A stretch of DNA of 64,000 bases from Lama guanicoe. Lineage: Eukaryota. The position numbers and the translations under genes are program-made. The DNA is taken from positions 212,773-276,772 of the forward strand of contig MU054122.1 of NCBI GenBank assembly GCA_013239625.1, read 5' to 3'. Below the pieces are notes generated by a model. It had not been told where the DNA came from, did no database searches, and saw only the letters and a program-made list of their open reading frames with translations. Of the stretch, positions 49,401 through 63,990 are shown piece by piece. Position 1 is the stretch's first letter, and every line of letters begins with the position of its first letter.

Positions 49401-52054
49401 TAAATGATGGCTACTGTGATTATGTCACTCTTCCTATGAGCAAGATGGGAATACATTTGCAAAAAAGACAAATATTGGAGAGAGATTTTAAAGTATATTA
49501 ATAGAGGAAAACCATAGTAAATCGGTAGAAAACGTAATTATAATTTATGCTAGTAACATACTTTCTTAGTAACTCAGAATATTCTTTCTCAATGGCACCG
49601 CTAATGGGCCACAGGGATCTCATTTGTGTGTGAGTGCGTGTGTGTGTGCACGTGTGTGCGCGTGCGTGTGTATGAAGATAATACACTTACATCACTTAGT
49701 GAATTCAGATTACTATTATAATAAGGGCAGGTGAACGTCTAATGAATATGACATTAGATTTCATTATATGCTTATTCCATTTTATACAATCACTAACTGG
49801 AATTACAAAAGTTATATTTATGAATGTGAGAAATTTCAACTAAAATTAAGTAGTCAGCAGCAGCGTTCAGTATTTTAAAATCATGATGTTTGGCCAGCAG
49901 CAATTTTCAAAAAATGTCTTCATCTGATCACTTACTGCACAGGGTCCAAAAGCAGGGCCTTCCCCATCTTTCAAGTCACCAGGTTTCTGATCTCGTTCTA
50001 TTCCCTTCCATCTGTGTCTCCAACCAGCCAATTCTTGCCTGAGATCCTCTCAAATACTTTACTAGATGTAAGTAGTAACTAACACTCCTAATATTCTGCT
50101 TTCCAAATTCTTGCCTGAGAGCTAGAGTTGCAGCAGTACTTGGTCTGCTTTCCAAGTTCCTGCAGGGTCAGCTTTGCCAAATGTTTGGTTCTGCCAAACA
50201 AGCCTTTCCCGCCTTCCAGTCTGCCGTTTCTGCTTCTCATGGCCTCAAGGTAAGCCAGAAAAGGTGGAGACAAAGAGGCAAGAGAGGAAGCAAAATGAAA
50301 TTCGTCTTGATGATTGTATCCAGGAAAGAACTTGGGTTTGGTTCCTAACACAAAGAACTGATCAGAAGTACAAACATCAAAGGCTTCTAAAGTTTTTGAA
50401 GGAACCAGAGAAATTCTGAGCCCAGAATAAAAGAATGCCCTTGACTGTTCATTCCTTAAGATACTCCTTCATCTCCTCAATTAACACAAGTAGTAAATGG
50501 ACTTCAAAAGCAACACATCCCAAAGAGGAATTTCTCAATAACCCATTAACACATGCACATATATATATAGATATATAGGTATATACATACAAATTTACAT
50601 GAGAGTGTGTGTGTGTGTGTGTGTGTATGAATATATTTGGGGTTGTCCTCATATGGAGGAAAAGTGTGCGAAAATGATGTCTGATTTTTAGACTTCCAAC
50701 TGCTCACCCAAACCTCCTTCTTTCCTTGACACATTTGTGACATTTCTCTCCCCCCTGTGCAGTTAGGTATGGCCAGGTTACCATGTTGATGACATGTGAA
50801 GAAGTGTTAGGTACCATATTTACATCTGGGCCATAAAAAATCCTCTGATCTGTACTCCTCCATGTCTGTTCCCTTTTAGCTGAATATACGTGGATGGACA
50901 CATTTAGAAATCATGTGTTGAAGACAGCAGAACACAAAATGCAGAGTCAAAGTCTTAGAATAACCGTCTTGGAGGTGAGTTTCCTACCAATCAGGAACAC
51001 CTGCTCTTGACTTCACAAAAATTAGAAACAAACTTCAATATTATTTGAACCATTATACATTGTGAGTTTCGTTGGTTATACTTGCTATCCTTATCCGAAG
51101 TCAGTATTTAATGTTCCCAATTCATTTAATTTTTTGTTGTAATTTTCTGATGAAAGTGAATGTGCTTCATTCATGTCAGAAACCTCATGAAAGGTAAATG
51201 GCAAGAAAGTATGTATTTTCTACTTAGCAATAGTCCATGAAATTAAATACCTGGCAAAATTCATTACACAGACATGCTGTTTTTAGACTTTACATCAATG
51301 AAAGCACAAAGTATGTTCAGCACATCTTTATTATTATGAAACAAATTCTAAAGTATCAATAATAGGTAGACAGTTATAAGGAAATGATCTATACTGAAAC
51401 AAATGCATCTTCATAGCTCTTCAAGGATTTAAGCACAAAGTACATTTACTGAAATAGTTTAACAATATTAGATTTATATTTTAAAAGAAAGCAGCAATTA
51501 ATTTTGTCTCTTACACATATTCATATGTTAAAAACTCAGCCTAATATATCTTTTTTTTCTAATGTCTTCGAAGTCAGTTACTATTCATTTATTTAAAAAA
51601 ATAACACAAGTATAGGTTTCTAAGACCGATGAGAAGCTGCTCTTATAGTTGGTTACACTGTAAGAAAAATTATGCAGGAGAAGCCGAGGGTACCTACTAA
51701 AATTCCTCCACTTGGAAATAAAAAATAGAAGGCAATCATTTATAAACCACAAAAAAGTATGAGACATTTTATAATGTTGTCGTGATTAACTCTAAATGTA
51801 ATTCCAGATGTCCCTTTAAATACATAACATTGGCTTTATCTCATTAGGACTTAAGTTTATGTATCATAGCTTTTAGGATTTCTTCATTGACACATCTTTG
51901 TTTCATGTTTTTAAAGGCTATAAAAAGAATGTATGTGAAATATTAATAATAATTATTATAGAAATAAAGCAGCAATGGTTGCATGTATTGAGTCCTTATG
52001 TTCTTACCACTGTGCTCACCACTTAACATAGATCATTTCATCTTTGTCACTAAT

Positions 52055-53220
52055 CACAGCAATATTTTTGGATCTGTCTCCTAAGGCCAAAATAAGTAAA
52101 AGCAAAAATAAACAAATGGGATCTAGTTAAATTTAAGTTTTGCACAGCAAAGGAAACCATCAACAAAATGAAAAGACAACCTATAGAATGGGAGAAAATA
52201 TTTGCCAATGCTATGGCTGACAAGGGTTAATATCCGCCTATATAAACAGTTTATATGACTCAATATTAAAAAAAAATAATGATCCAAACAAAAAAATGAG
52301 CAGAAGACCTGAACAGACATTTTTCCAAAGAGGATGTACAGATGGCTAATGGACACATGAGAGGATGCTCAACATCACTAGAGAAAAGCAAATCAAAACC
52401 ACAATGAGACACCACCTCACACCTGTTAGAATGGCCATCATCAGAAAGACCACAAAGAACAAATGCTGACAAGGATGTGGAGAAAAGGGAACCTCTGTAC
52501 CCTGTTGGTGGGAGTGTAAATTAGGGCAGCCACTATAAAAAGCAGTATAGAAGTTCCTCAAAAACACGGAAAACAGAACTATCATATGATCCAGCAATTC
52601 CACTCCTGGGTGGAAAAAAATCAAAACACTAATTCAAAAAGATACATGCACCTCAATGTTCACAGCAGCATTATTTACAATATCCAAGATATGGAAGCAA
52701 CTCAAGTGTCCATCAACAGATGAATGGATAAGGAAGATGTGGCGCGCACACACACACACACAAACACACACACAATGGAGTATTACTTAGCGATTAAAAA
52801 AGAATGAAATTCTGCCATTTGCAGCAACATGGATGGACCCAGAGAATATTATACCTAGTTAAATAAGGCAGATAGAAAAAGACAAAGACTCTATGATAAC
52901 ACTTATATGTGAAATCTAAAAAATAAAACAAATGAATACTTTTTCAATAAAACAGAAACAGACCCACAGATACAGAAAACAAACTAGTGGTTATCAGTAG
53001 GGGGAGGGAAAGGGAGAGAGGCAAGATAGGGGTATGGGATAAAGTGATACAAACTGCTATGATTAAAATCAATAAGCAACAAGGATATATTGTGCAGCAC
53101 AGACAATTATAGCCATTATTTTGTGATAACTTTTAACAGAGTATAATCTGTAAAAATACTGAATCACTATGCTGTACACCTGAAACTAATATTGTAAATC
53201 AACTGTACGTCCAAAACAAA
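52055..53220 (+). mobile_element. L1 fragment (ORF2 C-terminus and 3'UTR)
   Basis: 'aacagacatttttccaaagagg', 'caaatcaaaaccacaatgagacaccacctcacacc' and terminal 'ctatgctgtacacctgaaactaat'. Confidence 0.92.
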
Positions 53221-56200
53221 AGTTGGATTCCACCTTGCTAAAAAAAATCTTCCCCACAGCCCTGTGGGTAAGTACCATTTACTATAGCTGCACAACTCCA
53301 GGGGGTGCCACTCATATACTGGTCCATGTAAATGGTGCCTCTTGGAGTTGTGCAGTGCACAGATTCCAAAGCCACATGTGGTGATTCTGACTTTTATTAT
53401 TCTCACGTTAGAGATGAGGAAACTGAGGGTCATACAGGGAGAGGAGAAAACAAATTCTTAAGAAAGTAAACCCTAAACCAGACGCTGTCCTTGAGGTGTA
53501 GGATTGAAATCAATTCATTTTGAAAAGACAATGGCTGTGCTGCTAATAAGTATTAAAATAATACAATTAAGGTTGGCAAGAGTCTATATCCTCTGCCCAT
53601 TCCTGGACACGCGCCTTAAGTGAATGGGACAACCTACATCTACTGACCAGCAGCCGGAAAAGTTAGGGCACCTCCTCCGTGTTCCTAGAGCTCTCTGGGC
53701 ATTTCACTGCATTATACTGTCATTCTTTAACCAGCCAGTCCTCACCCTACAATCTGAATTTTTAGAGAACCATCCCATATTTGTATCCCTAAAAATAGAC
53801 CATAACAGATATTCTATTAGTTTTTTTTTTGCAAATTAATGAAAAGGATGTTAGTAGTTACATAGAACAATGGTATATTTAAAAACTGGTTTTCTATCCA
53901 TCACATTTGAAAACCAAAACCTCAACACATTTCAGAAGTCAGCTGAAAGGGAATTGAGGAAAATGTTACTTGACCGTGAAAGACCGCTTTCTAAACAAAT
54001 GCCCTTATCATGAAATCCCAGGAGTTGAACTATGTATGGCTATTTGGCAAAAAAACAGTATCGTATATCTCACATTAAGACAAATGTAACAGTAAAAAAG
54101 AAAAAACCCAATATGTTCTCTTATTATAGTTAGAGGTCTTCATTTCCTCAAGTTTGGACTAATTTTAGCTCTTAGGTTATTTAGTGTTGAAGAAAAAGTA
54201 TTCATTTACAGTTTAGAGCCAACTACTTCTAAAAGTTTTGAAGGCAACTTGAAGAAATAATGAGATGTATCTAAAATTATTCCAAGTGCAATCTTGCTTC
54301 TGAAATGTCCCTTGTTTGGGGTTTGTTTGTTCTTGCCTGGGACAAAATACTCTACCCTGCCTTCCTAATTATTTTGGAATAAAGTAAAGAACTTTAGAGG
54401 TCAGGACAGCACATCCCTGAGATCTCTTCTGAAATGGCAGATTGCTAAGCAGAGGAATGGAGTTTCACAAATTCAGTGAATCTGATACAGGGTAGAAACA
54501 CTGGAAACTTAAAAGAATATGACAGCTTTAAGCTTTGAGACATTAGATATACAAAAAATACACTGTCTACGCAGGAATCTACCTTACATGAAGTATCTGA
54601 GGAAGGACTGATGTTATGGGTAGTGTCAGAAATGCCGTTTCTCGCTATTCATGATTAAACAAAGGTGCTTGGCAGCCCCATATGTCTCTGAGAGTAACAA
54701 GCCATACCTCTAAGTGTCTGATATTAAACAGACACTTTTACTGCATATGTACTGAGGAGCTTGGATTGAAAGTCAGATTTGTCACTTGGGATGAATTATG
54801 TGGGGAGCTGGGGATGTGTTTTGCCCTGCAGTGGTGCCAATGTTGAGATCACAAAATTCCAGTAAGTTTGTGGCTGGACGCAGGACATTTTATGAAGTCA
54901 TGAAGGTCACAATTCACAGTGGTGCCAACATACGTTATGGAGAGGAAGGGAAATATCCCGGAATACATTTCTCGGAGTTCCCTGCTCAAGGAAATAGTTA
55001 AGGCAAAATCACTGTTCTGTTGAAAGGGGAGTCGCACTGGGGGAACCATAAATCCTTCCAGTCAACCAGTGGCAAAAATGAGCTCCCTTCATATTTTCTT
55101 CGGGTACAGAAGTCAGAGACTTTTGAAGACTCAAGGATTCAGTTTCGATTCACTGCAGTTAACTTTACTGAATAACATTGTGGGAGAGGAAACCCATGGA
55201 CTCTCATCTCTTACCCAGTTCCCAAATGTACATCCAGAGACCATATAGGCTGTCAAAAAGCAGCTCAAAGTGAATTCTAGTAATACAAATTTTGTGAACA
55301 GGTTTTAGACTGCATTTACTGACAGCTCAAAGTAGCACTCACTGGTTGACTACGAAGATGCCAAAGTGCAGCAAAAACTAGAAAACCTTGTTCTCAAAGA
55401 CAAAATCAGTGCACTGACTCAATGGCTGGATATGTCAATAACAGTCTTGTTCATCGAGATTGGGGAAACAATCTAGGATATTGGTTAAGAAGGAAATTTA
55501 TTTCCTGAAACCCATTACTACTTACATTGTGCTTGTTCTTAGAAAATACGTACTGACTTAGGGCAAACAATCATATCTTCACTTTGCCCTTAAATCAATA
55601 GTTGATTCCACGTGAAGGGTTATATGGGGTACTTATCATGCTATTTCTTCTAATTTTTTGTAAGTAAGTTGAAGCATTTCAAAATAAAAAGTTTTAAAAA
55701 AAGAAGTAGTTTTCTGCAGTCTTCTGTGTATTAGCTGTATAATCCAGTTCAAGTTACTTCTTGTTCTGAAATCTCAATGTTCTCATCTATAAAATGAGAA
55801 TAATACTGGTGACACCCTCAAAAAATTCAATGAAATAATCAGTAACTCAAAAAAGGTAGGAATAACACAAATCTTAAAAAGCTATTTGCTATGTATGCTT
55901 GATCATGCATTTTGGTTTTGGCCAGTTAGAAGCAGCTGAGTCCCTATGTGATCCATGATGATAATAAAATATGTTGATGCTTTATTAAGTCATCATCAAT
56001 GCTCAAAAATATTCAATTTTTTAAAAAACAAACATTATAAAGCAATCTATTATTGAAGTGGCCTGTTTAATTATAAAACAATTATACAGGTCCAGAGATA
56101 TTTATTAAATGAACTGAATGGATTGGAAATTTATCAGGCATGAAAAATTACTTTGAAACTATGCAATTTTTAGCAGTTTCTAAAAAAAAAAAAAAAACCC

Positions 56201-57099
56201 CAGAAAATACAAAAACAGGAAGCAATGTTTCCTTAAGTTTTCCTAGATACAGTTGAAATGTTAATAATTGCTTTCAGCATTTATAGACAATGAAGCCATT
56301 TACTATTATCACTATGCCAAGGTGGTGGAAGAAACATTTTACCAATAGAGAAAATAACTTTCAATACCTTCTCTTGAGTAAGCTGATGCCAGCATTATAT
56401 TAAAGATCAGTGCTCTTTTTCAGATAATGGATAACTTTTCTTATCCTTATGAGAGCTATAATTATTCTAGCAATTTCAGTGTCTACCTTTAATTCTACCT
56501 AGAAATACTCTGCCAGACTGGCAATAGTTAAATACGCTAAAAGTTAAAATGATAGGTTGCTCTGCCTTTAAAACACTGAACATACTAATCTATGACAGTA
56601 TTCATGGGACAGGGACCTCTATCCACATTTCTTAGCACAGGAAAAGGAGGAGATTAAATATATTCAAAGACCCCAATAGAAAGCTGATATTAGATTGGAC
56701 TGGGGCAGTACCAGAATTGATCACACAGCCTTCTAATTATTTCATTGTCTAGAAAGGTTCACATTCAGAAAACAAAATCCATTCACCATGGAGACAAAAG
56801 TATTTAAAAGCCAAGAAATTCTCATCAACTTCACACTCCAGTAGGACCAGGTACCACTGTTCTCCTGACTCTCAGAGAGGTAAAATAGAGTATCGCTAAG
56901 TTTTCAAAACCCAGACTTCAAACTTTTGACTAAGTTATATGGTTTATAGCCCCACCAAATCCTGTTTATTAAATTTTAACTTCCAAGAACCAGGTGACCA
57001 CATATGTTGCCATCAAATTGGACACTTACGAGTACAAAGAGGGATAAACTAGGACCATCTGGGCCAACCAAGACATAATGATTAAAGAATAAACTTTCA

Positions 57100-57245
57100 G
57101 GGGGGAAGGTATAGCTCAAATGGTACAGCACATGCTTCACATGCATGAGGTCCTGGGTTCAATCTCCAGTACCTCCTCTAAAAATAAATAAAACAAACCT
57201 AATTAACCCCTACCCAACCAAAAAAATTTATGAGTTTAAAAAATA
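57100..57245 (+). mobile_element. tRNA-derived SINE (camelid Vic-1-like)
   Basis: gggggaaggtatagctcaaatggta...gggttcaatctcc plus A-rich tail; exact 16-bp TSD aaagaataaactttca at 57084-57099 and 57246-57261. Confidence 0.9.
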
Positions 57246-59394
57246 AAAGAATAAACTTTCAATGAGAGCCTTAGATGGCAAATGAAAGGAAGCTTTCTCT
57301 TCAAAAATGTTTATTACTAGACTCTATGACTGGAACTACTCTGGGGTTGCTCATATACAAAGAATTCCATGATTCTTGGAAGAGTAATTTGGGTAAATAC
57401 CTAATGGGTAAATATTGTTCTGGGAAGCCATCAGGTTTGAGTTCTTTAGACAAAGTTGTTAAAATATCACTCTATTTACCCAAAGATCAGTAAGCACAGA
57501 AAGTCTCCTCTAAAGGAAAAAGTCTTAATAGCGATTCCTCAGACTTCACACATGAGCAAACATTTCATTTCACACATCTGATGAAAGTGAATCAAGTCAT
57601 TGTCTTACAAGTAAAACAAATTAGAGTGCGGGGTGGGTGGAGGGGTCCTACATATTACATTTTGATTAATACAGAAGAGGGATCGGTGCCTGAAATGAAA
57701 GCGAAAAATGTGCCACTCGTGTAAGAACTGTTTCTGGAAATGAACACATTTAGTGCCCAGTAACTTATTTTACCAAAAAAAAAAAAAAAAGGTACAGAGT
57801 GTTTTTTCTCTGTTACCAGCAGGACGGCATACTAGCAAGCTTCAGGGCTTGAGAGAAAGACTATGGGATTTGGAGTCAGAACTACTTGGGCTCAATCTCA
57901 AGTTCAGTCACTTGGTAGATGAGTGAGACAGGGAAAACTGTAGCAAATACTGTTAGATGCCCATCCAAAATCCTCCTTTTCTTCCTCCTTCCCAACAAAA
58001 CTCTGAATTCGCTCAGGTACACGCTTGTCCCCCTTGAAGTCCACGCTTCCCAGCAATAGGATTGATTATAAAGGTTAACTCCAAATTCCCTTTATTCCCT
58101 CTGTCAATGCTAGGTTCAGGTATGCCCATGTGACCATTCTGAGCCAAAAAGAAACAAGGAGGGGTTGGCTGGGACTTTGGGGAACGTTCTTCCTCTTTCT
58201 TCTGGGACAGTGTCAAGAAGAGACGCTCTCCTCTTCTCTGGACATGTTCAGATGTATAAATGTACATGTATGAGGCCTGCATGTGATGCTTTTGTTCAAA
58301 ACTAGTCTTAAGATGAAGTTAACACAGAGATAAGGAAGCCAGACTAAGACTCTAGCAGGGAAATGAAGCCAGAACCAAAGTTCTCAGACTGTGCTATCTC
58401 TGGACTTCCAGATCGGTGGTCAAGAATTCTACATGTGTTAAGACAGTTTGATGGGGCTTTTGGTAATTTTCACCAGAAGGCACTTTGATCTTTGAGTCAT
58501 TTTCTTATCTGTGAAAATCAGACTGAGAGCTACATTACCATCTTGCAAGAATTCATAATACATGTAAAGTTTTAGGCACAGTGACTGGTGCAATTCAAGC
58601 TTTCAATAAGTGGTATCAGACTTGCATCGCTGCTTGCCTGGCACACTGAGTACCTGCTGTTAACCTTGCTAATAATTAACTTTGGCAAATCTTTAACAAT
58701 TTCTGATTGCTCACATTTCCATATAAAAGAAAACAGGGGATATTTAGCCTCCAATGAACACATTGTTATAGCTGAGGTAACGATTCTAAGTCTCCTTGAG
58801 GTACCAAAAGATGAGGAACAGAAAAATGCTGCATTGGTATTTTACCGCATTTCACACACATATATGTGCACATACCTCAAAGGCAGATGAAATAGAATCA
58901 GGCTGATAAAAGACATTAATTTATCGCATTAAATGCTCATTTCAAAAAGAACTCAGGGGAATTTTACACATTGGATACTTCCAAAAAAGTTAAAACTTAG
59001 AACTTATCAAGAAGAATAAGGTGATTAAAAAAGATCCAATGTAATGAAGGTAAAAGTCTAAAATTTAAAAATGTTAGATAACCTTTTTTTTCCAAACAAA
59101 ACACCATCAATAATAATGAAACTAAAGAGAGGATACAATACTGATTAAACACATAGGCTTTGGGTATACAACCTAAATTTGAAAATGGGCTCTGACATTT
59201 GTATACTGTATAACTTTGGGCAAGTTTCTCAGCCTTTTTAGCCTGTTTCTCATATATAAATTGGAGATAAACTTTGGTTTTAAATAATATAACTGTAAGC
59301 CAGGTTCTTGTGTAATGGTGCCAAGTGTAGAGTTAAGCACTTAATAAAATATTTTAATTATATTCTTATAATAAAATTACTTCCATGGGATCTC

Positions 59395-62300
59395 ACTGAC
59401 TTCTGGTAGTCTATTATAGAATGCTGGGTTTAAAAATACAGGCTCAAATATCAGATAGGCAAAGGGAAATCCTCAAAGATACCTCCAGCAACTCCAAGAA
59501 AACACAGGTGACAAACACTATAAAAATATATCACATGGGAATTTCTCTTTCTGCATAAGACGGTAACAAGGACTTGATTTAACTGTCTATTTGAAAAACT
59601 AAAAAGCAACAGCAGACAAAATGAGTGAAATAATGGTTTTCAGACATTGGACATTAGGCAATTCAGTGATCCCTGAGAAAAGGGAAGAAAATGAGGGGAG
59701 TCCTATAACTGCCCTAACTTATTGCTAAGTGGTCTCCAGGCCAAAGCACAGGGAAACTCAGGTAGAGTTCAGTGGTTTCCACAAGTAGAGGTTATAGATC
59801 TAGGAGTCTGGGGATGCCAAGGTAGGTATAGAGTGGAGGCTTCATGGAGAGAAATATCTGCAAGGTGTTCTCCTCTGGTCTTTGGCTGCATGCTGGAGGC
59901 GGCGGCAGGGGCGGGTGGCCAGCAGGCGGCCGCAGGCATGGGCTTGGGCAAGGACATGGGCACCGAGTACGCTGCTGCCAGCCCTGCCTGGGTGGCCACG
60001 CAACAAAGAAGCCACCCAACGATGAGCCCCGACACCCCTGGCCCAACCGTGGGCAGATCCGAGGGCAGCCCAATGGATCCCATGGTGATGAAGAGATCTC
60101 AGCTGTATGGGATGGGCAGCAATCGTCACTCAGCCACAGCAGAGCAACCCTTACCTGGGAGGCTGCTACGGCCCCCCAGGCCCACAGCAGTACCCCATTG
60201 GCATTTAAGGTTGGACCCCAGGGGCCATCGGAGGAATGCAGTACCCACAGCAGCAGATGCCACCTCAGTATGGACAGCAAGGCGTTGAGTGGTTACTGCC
60301 AGCAGTGCCAGCAGCCTTACTACAACCAGCAGCCACAGCCTCCGCACCTCCCCCAGCAGGAGCAGTACCCGCCATCCCAGTACCAGCAGAGGTACCAGCC
60401 GCAGCAGGACACGTCTCAGGAAGGCTATGGAACTAGGTCTCAACCTCCTCTGGCTCCCGGAAAACCTAACCATGAAGACTTGAGCTTAATACAACAAGAA
60501 AGACCATCAAGTTTACCAGTTGAAGTCTTGACCTCAGAGGATACCGCCTTTGGACTCAAGGATCTGTCTGGCTCCATTGATGACCTCCCCACTGGAACGG
60601 AAGCAACTTTGAGCTCAGCAGCCAGTGCATCCAGGTCCACGAGCAGCCAAGGAGATCAGAGCAATCCGGCTCAGTCACCTCTCTGTCCGCATGCATCTCC
60701 CCATCATCCCTGGGGGCCCATCACCTTCTCCTGTCGGCTCTCCTGTAGGAAGCAACCAGTCCCAATCTGGCCCAATTTCTCCTGCAAGTATTCCAGGCAG
60801 TCAGATGCCTCCTCAGCCACCTGGGAGCCAGTCAGAATCCAGTTCCCAACCTGCCTTGAGCCAGTCACCAATGCCACAGGAAAGAGGTTTTATGGCAGGC
60901 ACACAAAGAAACCCTCCGATGTCTCAATATGGACCTCAACAGACAGGACCATCCATGTCACCTCATCCCTGTCCTAGAGGCCAGATGCATCCTGGGAACA
61001 GTAGCTTTCAACAGAGTAACTCAAGTGGGACTTGCGATCCACAGATGAGCCAATATGGACCACAAAGTAACTACTCCAGACCCCCAACGTATAGTGGGGT
61101 GCCCAGTGCAAGCTACAGCAGCCCAGGGCCTGGCACGGGCATCAATGCCAAGAGCAGATGCATGGACAAGGGCCAAGCCAGCCATGTGGTGCTATGCCCC
61201 TGGGACGAATGCCATCAATTGCGATGCAGAACAGACCGTTTCCTGTAAATATGAGCAGCATGACCCCCAGTTCTCCTGGCATGTCTCAGCAGGGAGGGCC
61301 AGGAATGGGGCCACCAATCCCAACCATGAACCGTAAGGCACAGGAGGCAGCTGCCACAGTGATGCAGGCCGCTGCAAACTTGGCACAAAGCAGGCTTTTA
61401 GGAATCCAGGATGGAATACGCATTGTTCCTATGTGCTTGGTGGAAACAGCTTCACCAAGACGCAGAGGTGAAAATACTGCTCTTTGCAGAAAGGCGGAGA
61501 CAACCAGGAGACATGCTGTAGACACGGAGAGGCCCTGTGGGCAACACCACGTCACAGGCCCATGGCAGAGACACGTGCAGGAGAAGTTCTGCTCTGAAGT
61601 CATCTGCAAATATCCACTCACTAGAGAGCATTCTGGAGAATATGCTAACAAAGTCCCCTCTGCCTCTGTATTGGAACGGTCTTTTTCACAGAAATGGTGA
61701 ATGTTATTACATTCCTCTTTGCCCATTCTTAAAGGACAAAATAAAACTTAAATGTATCAATTACCAAAGGGATTAATTAAAAAAAAAAGGAATAATTCAT
61801 GTTCCCACCACACAGAAAGGAAAATCGTGTAATTCATGGGACACTGAATAGGGTCCTCATAAGGGTATTGCCTCAGTAGGAGAAAAAAATGTGCCCTGGA
61901 ATAAATGCTACTATGATTCCAACTAACAAAGGTTGTAAGTAAGCCTGTAAAGGAACAAACCCTTTACAGGTAACTTAATTTCTTCCCAGAACAAATTTTA
62001 AGCTAGTTATAGGACACCAGAATATTTAACACATACGAAAGTAAAATTTATGGTATTTGGCATTCAATAAAAAAATCACCAGACATTCAAAGAAGCAGAA
62101 AAATACAACTCAGATTGAGAAGAAAAAGATATCAGTACAAACAGATCAAAGAATTACACAGGTGATAGAAATAGTAGAAAGAGACACTGTAAGGTTTATA
62201 AGTATATCCCACATTCTGAAGAAGATAGAGAAATAAACAAGCCTACTAAATATAGACATGGAAGGCATAAAAAGACACAAATAAAGCTTCTACAATGTTT

Positions 62301-63990
62301 AAAATGAAAAACATACTGGACGGGATTAACACCAGATCAGACACTGTAAAAGAAAGTATTTGTAAAATTGAAGATGTAGAAACAGAAACTACCCAAAATG
62401 AAAAACAGACCACAAAAACAAAAAGAAGAAGAAGAGGATTAATAGAGAATCAATGACCTGCAGAGCAAATTCAAGTGGCTTAGTTTATGTTAACTGAAAA
62501 TTCTGAAAACTGGAGAGGAGACAGGAAAGAAAAACCTTTGAAAATAATGGCCCAAACTTTCCAAATTTGATGAAAGCCTTATGTCCACAGATTCAAAATG
62601 CTCAAAAACCAAAAACAAAAAAAGTATAAAAAACTTGAAGAAAATTATATGAACACACATAATAATAAAAGTGCCTAAAACTAGTGACAGAAAGAAAAAA
62701 TCAAAAGGAAACAGAGGGAAAAATAAATACATTATATACGTGAGAACAAAGGTAAAACTGGCAATAAACTTCTCATTGGAAACAATGCAAATCAGAAGAG
62801 AGTGGAAAAACATCTTTAAAGTACCGAGAGAACATATACTATCAATTCAACAAAAAAAGAAATGTTTTTCATGAAAGTGAAATGAACATTTTTTCAAATA
62901 TACAGAACAAAGTATTTATCATCGAGCCATCTAGCACTACAAGAAATATTAAGGGAAATCCTTCAGAGAAATTATACCCAGTGAAAATGCAGATCTAAAA
63001 ATATAAAAAGTACAGAAAATGGAAATATCTGGGTTAAGTATAAAAATTTTTAAGAAAAAAATTTATAAAGGTAATTGACAGTTGAAAGCAAAAAATGTAA
63101 TGAAGTATTGCTGGGTTTACCATATATGCAGAAGTGAAATGTGTGAAAGCAAATCTAAATGATATAAACACATGAAGTAAAAGGCAAATGTTTAGATTAA
63201 ATAAAAAAGCAAGACCCAACTATTTGCTATCTTTAAGAAAATCCCTTTAAATATAAAGAAATAAGTTCAAAGTAAAATGACATGCTAAAAGAGATATGCT
63301 AACATTATATTTAAAAAGTTGGAGTGGCTATAATAACATGAAAGTAAATGTCAGAGAAAATATTACTAGAGATAAAGAGGATAATTTCAGAATGATAATG
63401 AGGTCATTCGTCAAGAGAACATAACAATCCTAAACATTCAAGCACCTACTAACAGAGCTTCAAAATGCACAAAGCAAAAGTTGATAAAAGTGCAAGAAGA
63501 CATAATCAAATCCATAATTATAGTCAAGGATTTAACACTCTTCTCCCAATAACTGACAGGACAAATACACAGAAAATCGGGAAATATACAGACGCCTGAA
63601 ACAATAAAATTAATCAATTTGATCTAAGTGACATTAGAACAGTCCACTCAGCAACATCAGAATGCACATACTTCTCAAGCGCACACAGAACGCTTACCAA
63701 GAAAGACCATATTCTGGGCCATAAAAATAAAAGTCTCAATAAATTCAGGTGGATTAAAATCATACAAAGCATGTCCATTGACCACACTGAAATTTAAAGT
63801 AATCTACAATAATATATCTGGTTAATTCAGAAATATCTGAAACTAAATTACATGCTTCTAAATAAACTTTGGTACAAAGGAAAAATTACCCAGGACTGGG
63901 GGACTGAGGGGAAATTGGGAGTAACTGCTAATAGGTGTAGGGTTTTTTTTTGTGTGTGTGGGGGGAGGGGAGTGATGAACATTTTAAAAT
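59395..63990 (+). mobile_element. Old L1 (5' region, ORF1 and start of ORF2) interrupted by the ARID1B retrocopy
   Basis: ORF1-like 'NFSLETMQIRREWKNIFKV' and endonuclease-like 'aagcaagacccaactatttgct'; L1 5'-region-like sequence on both sides of the insert. Confidence 0.75.
59889..61788 (+). pseudogene. ARID1B: Processed, 5'-truncated, frameshifted ARID1B pseudogene
   Basis: Shifting frames give [59 protein letters not shown] and [17 protein letters not shown]; no introns; AATAAA 61740-61745; A10 tail 61779-61788. Confidence 0.93.

Noticed and set aside
59844..60977. 377-aa ORF as a novel protein
   Set aside because: A chance path from L1 flank through shifted ARID1B pseudogene frames; only the middle part is in the native frame.
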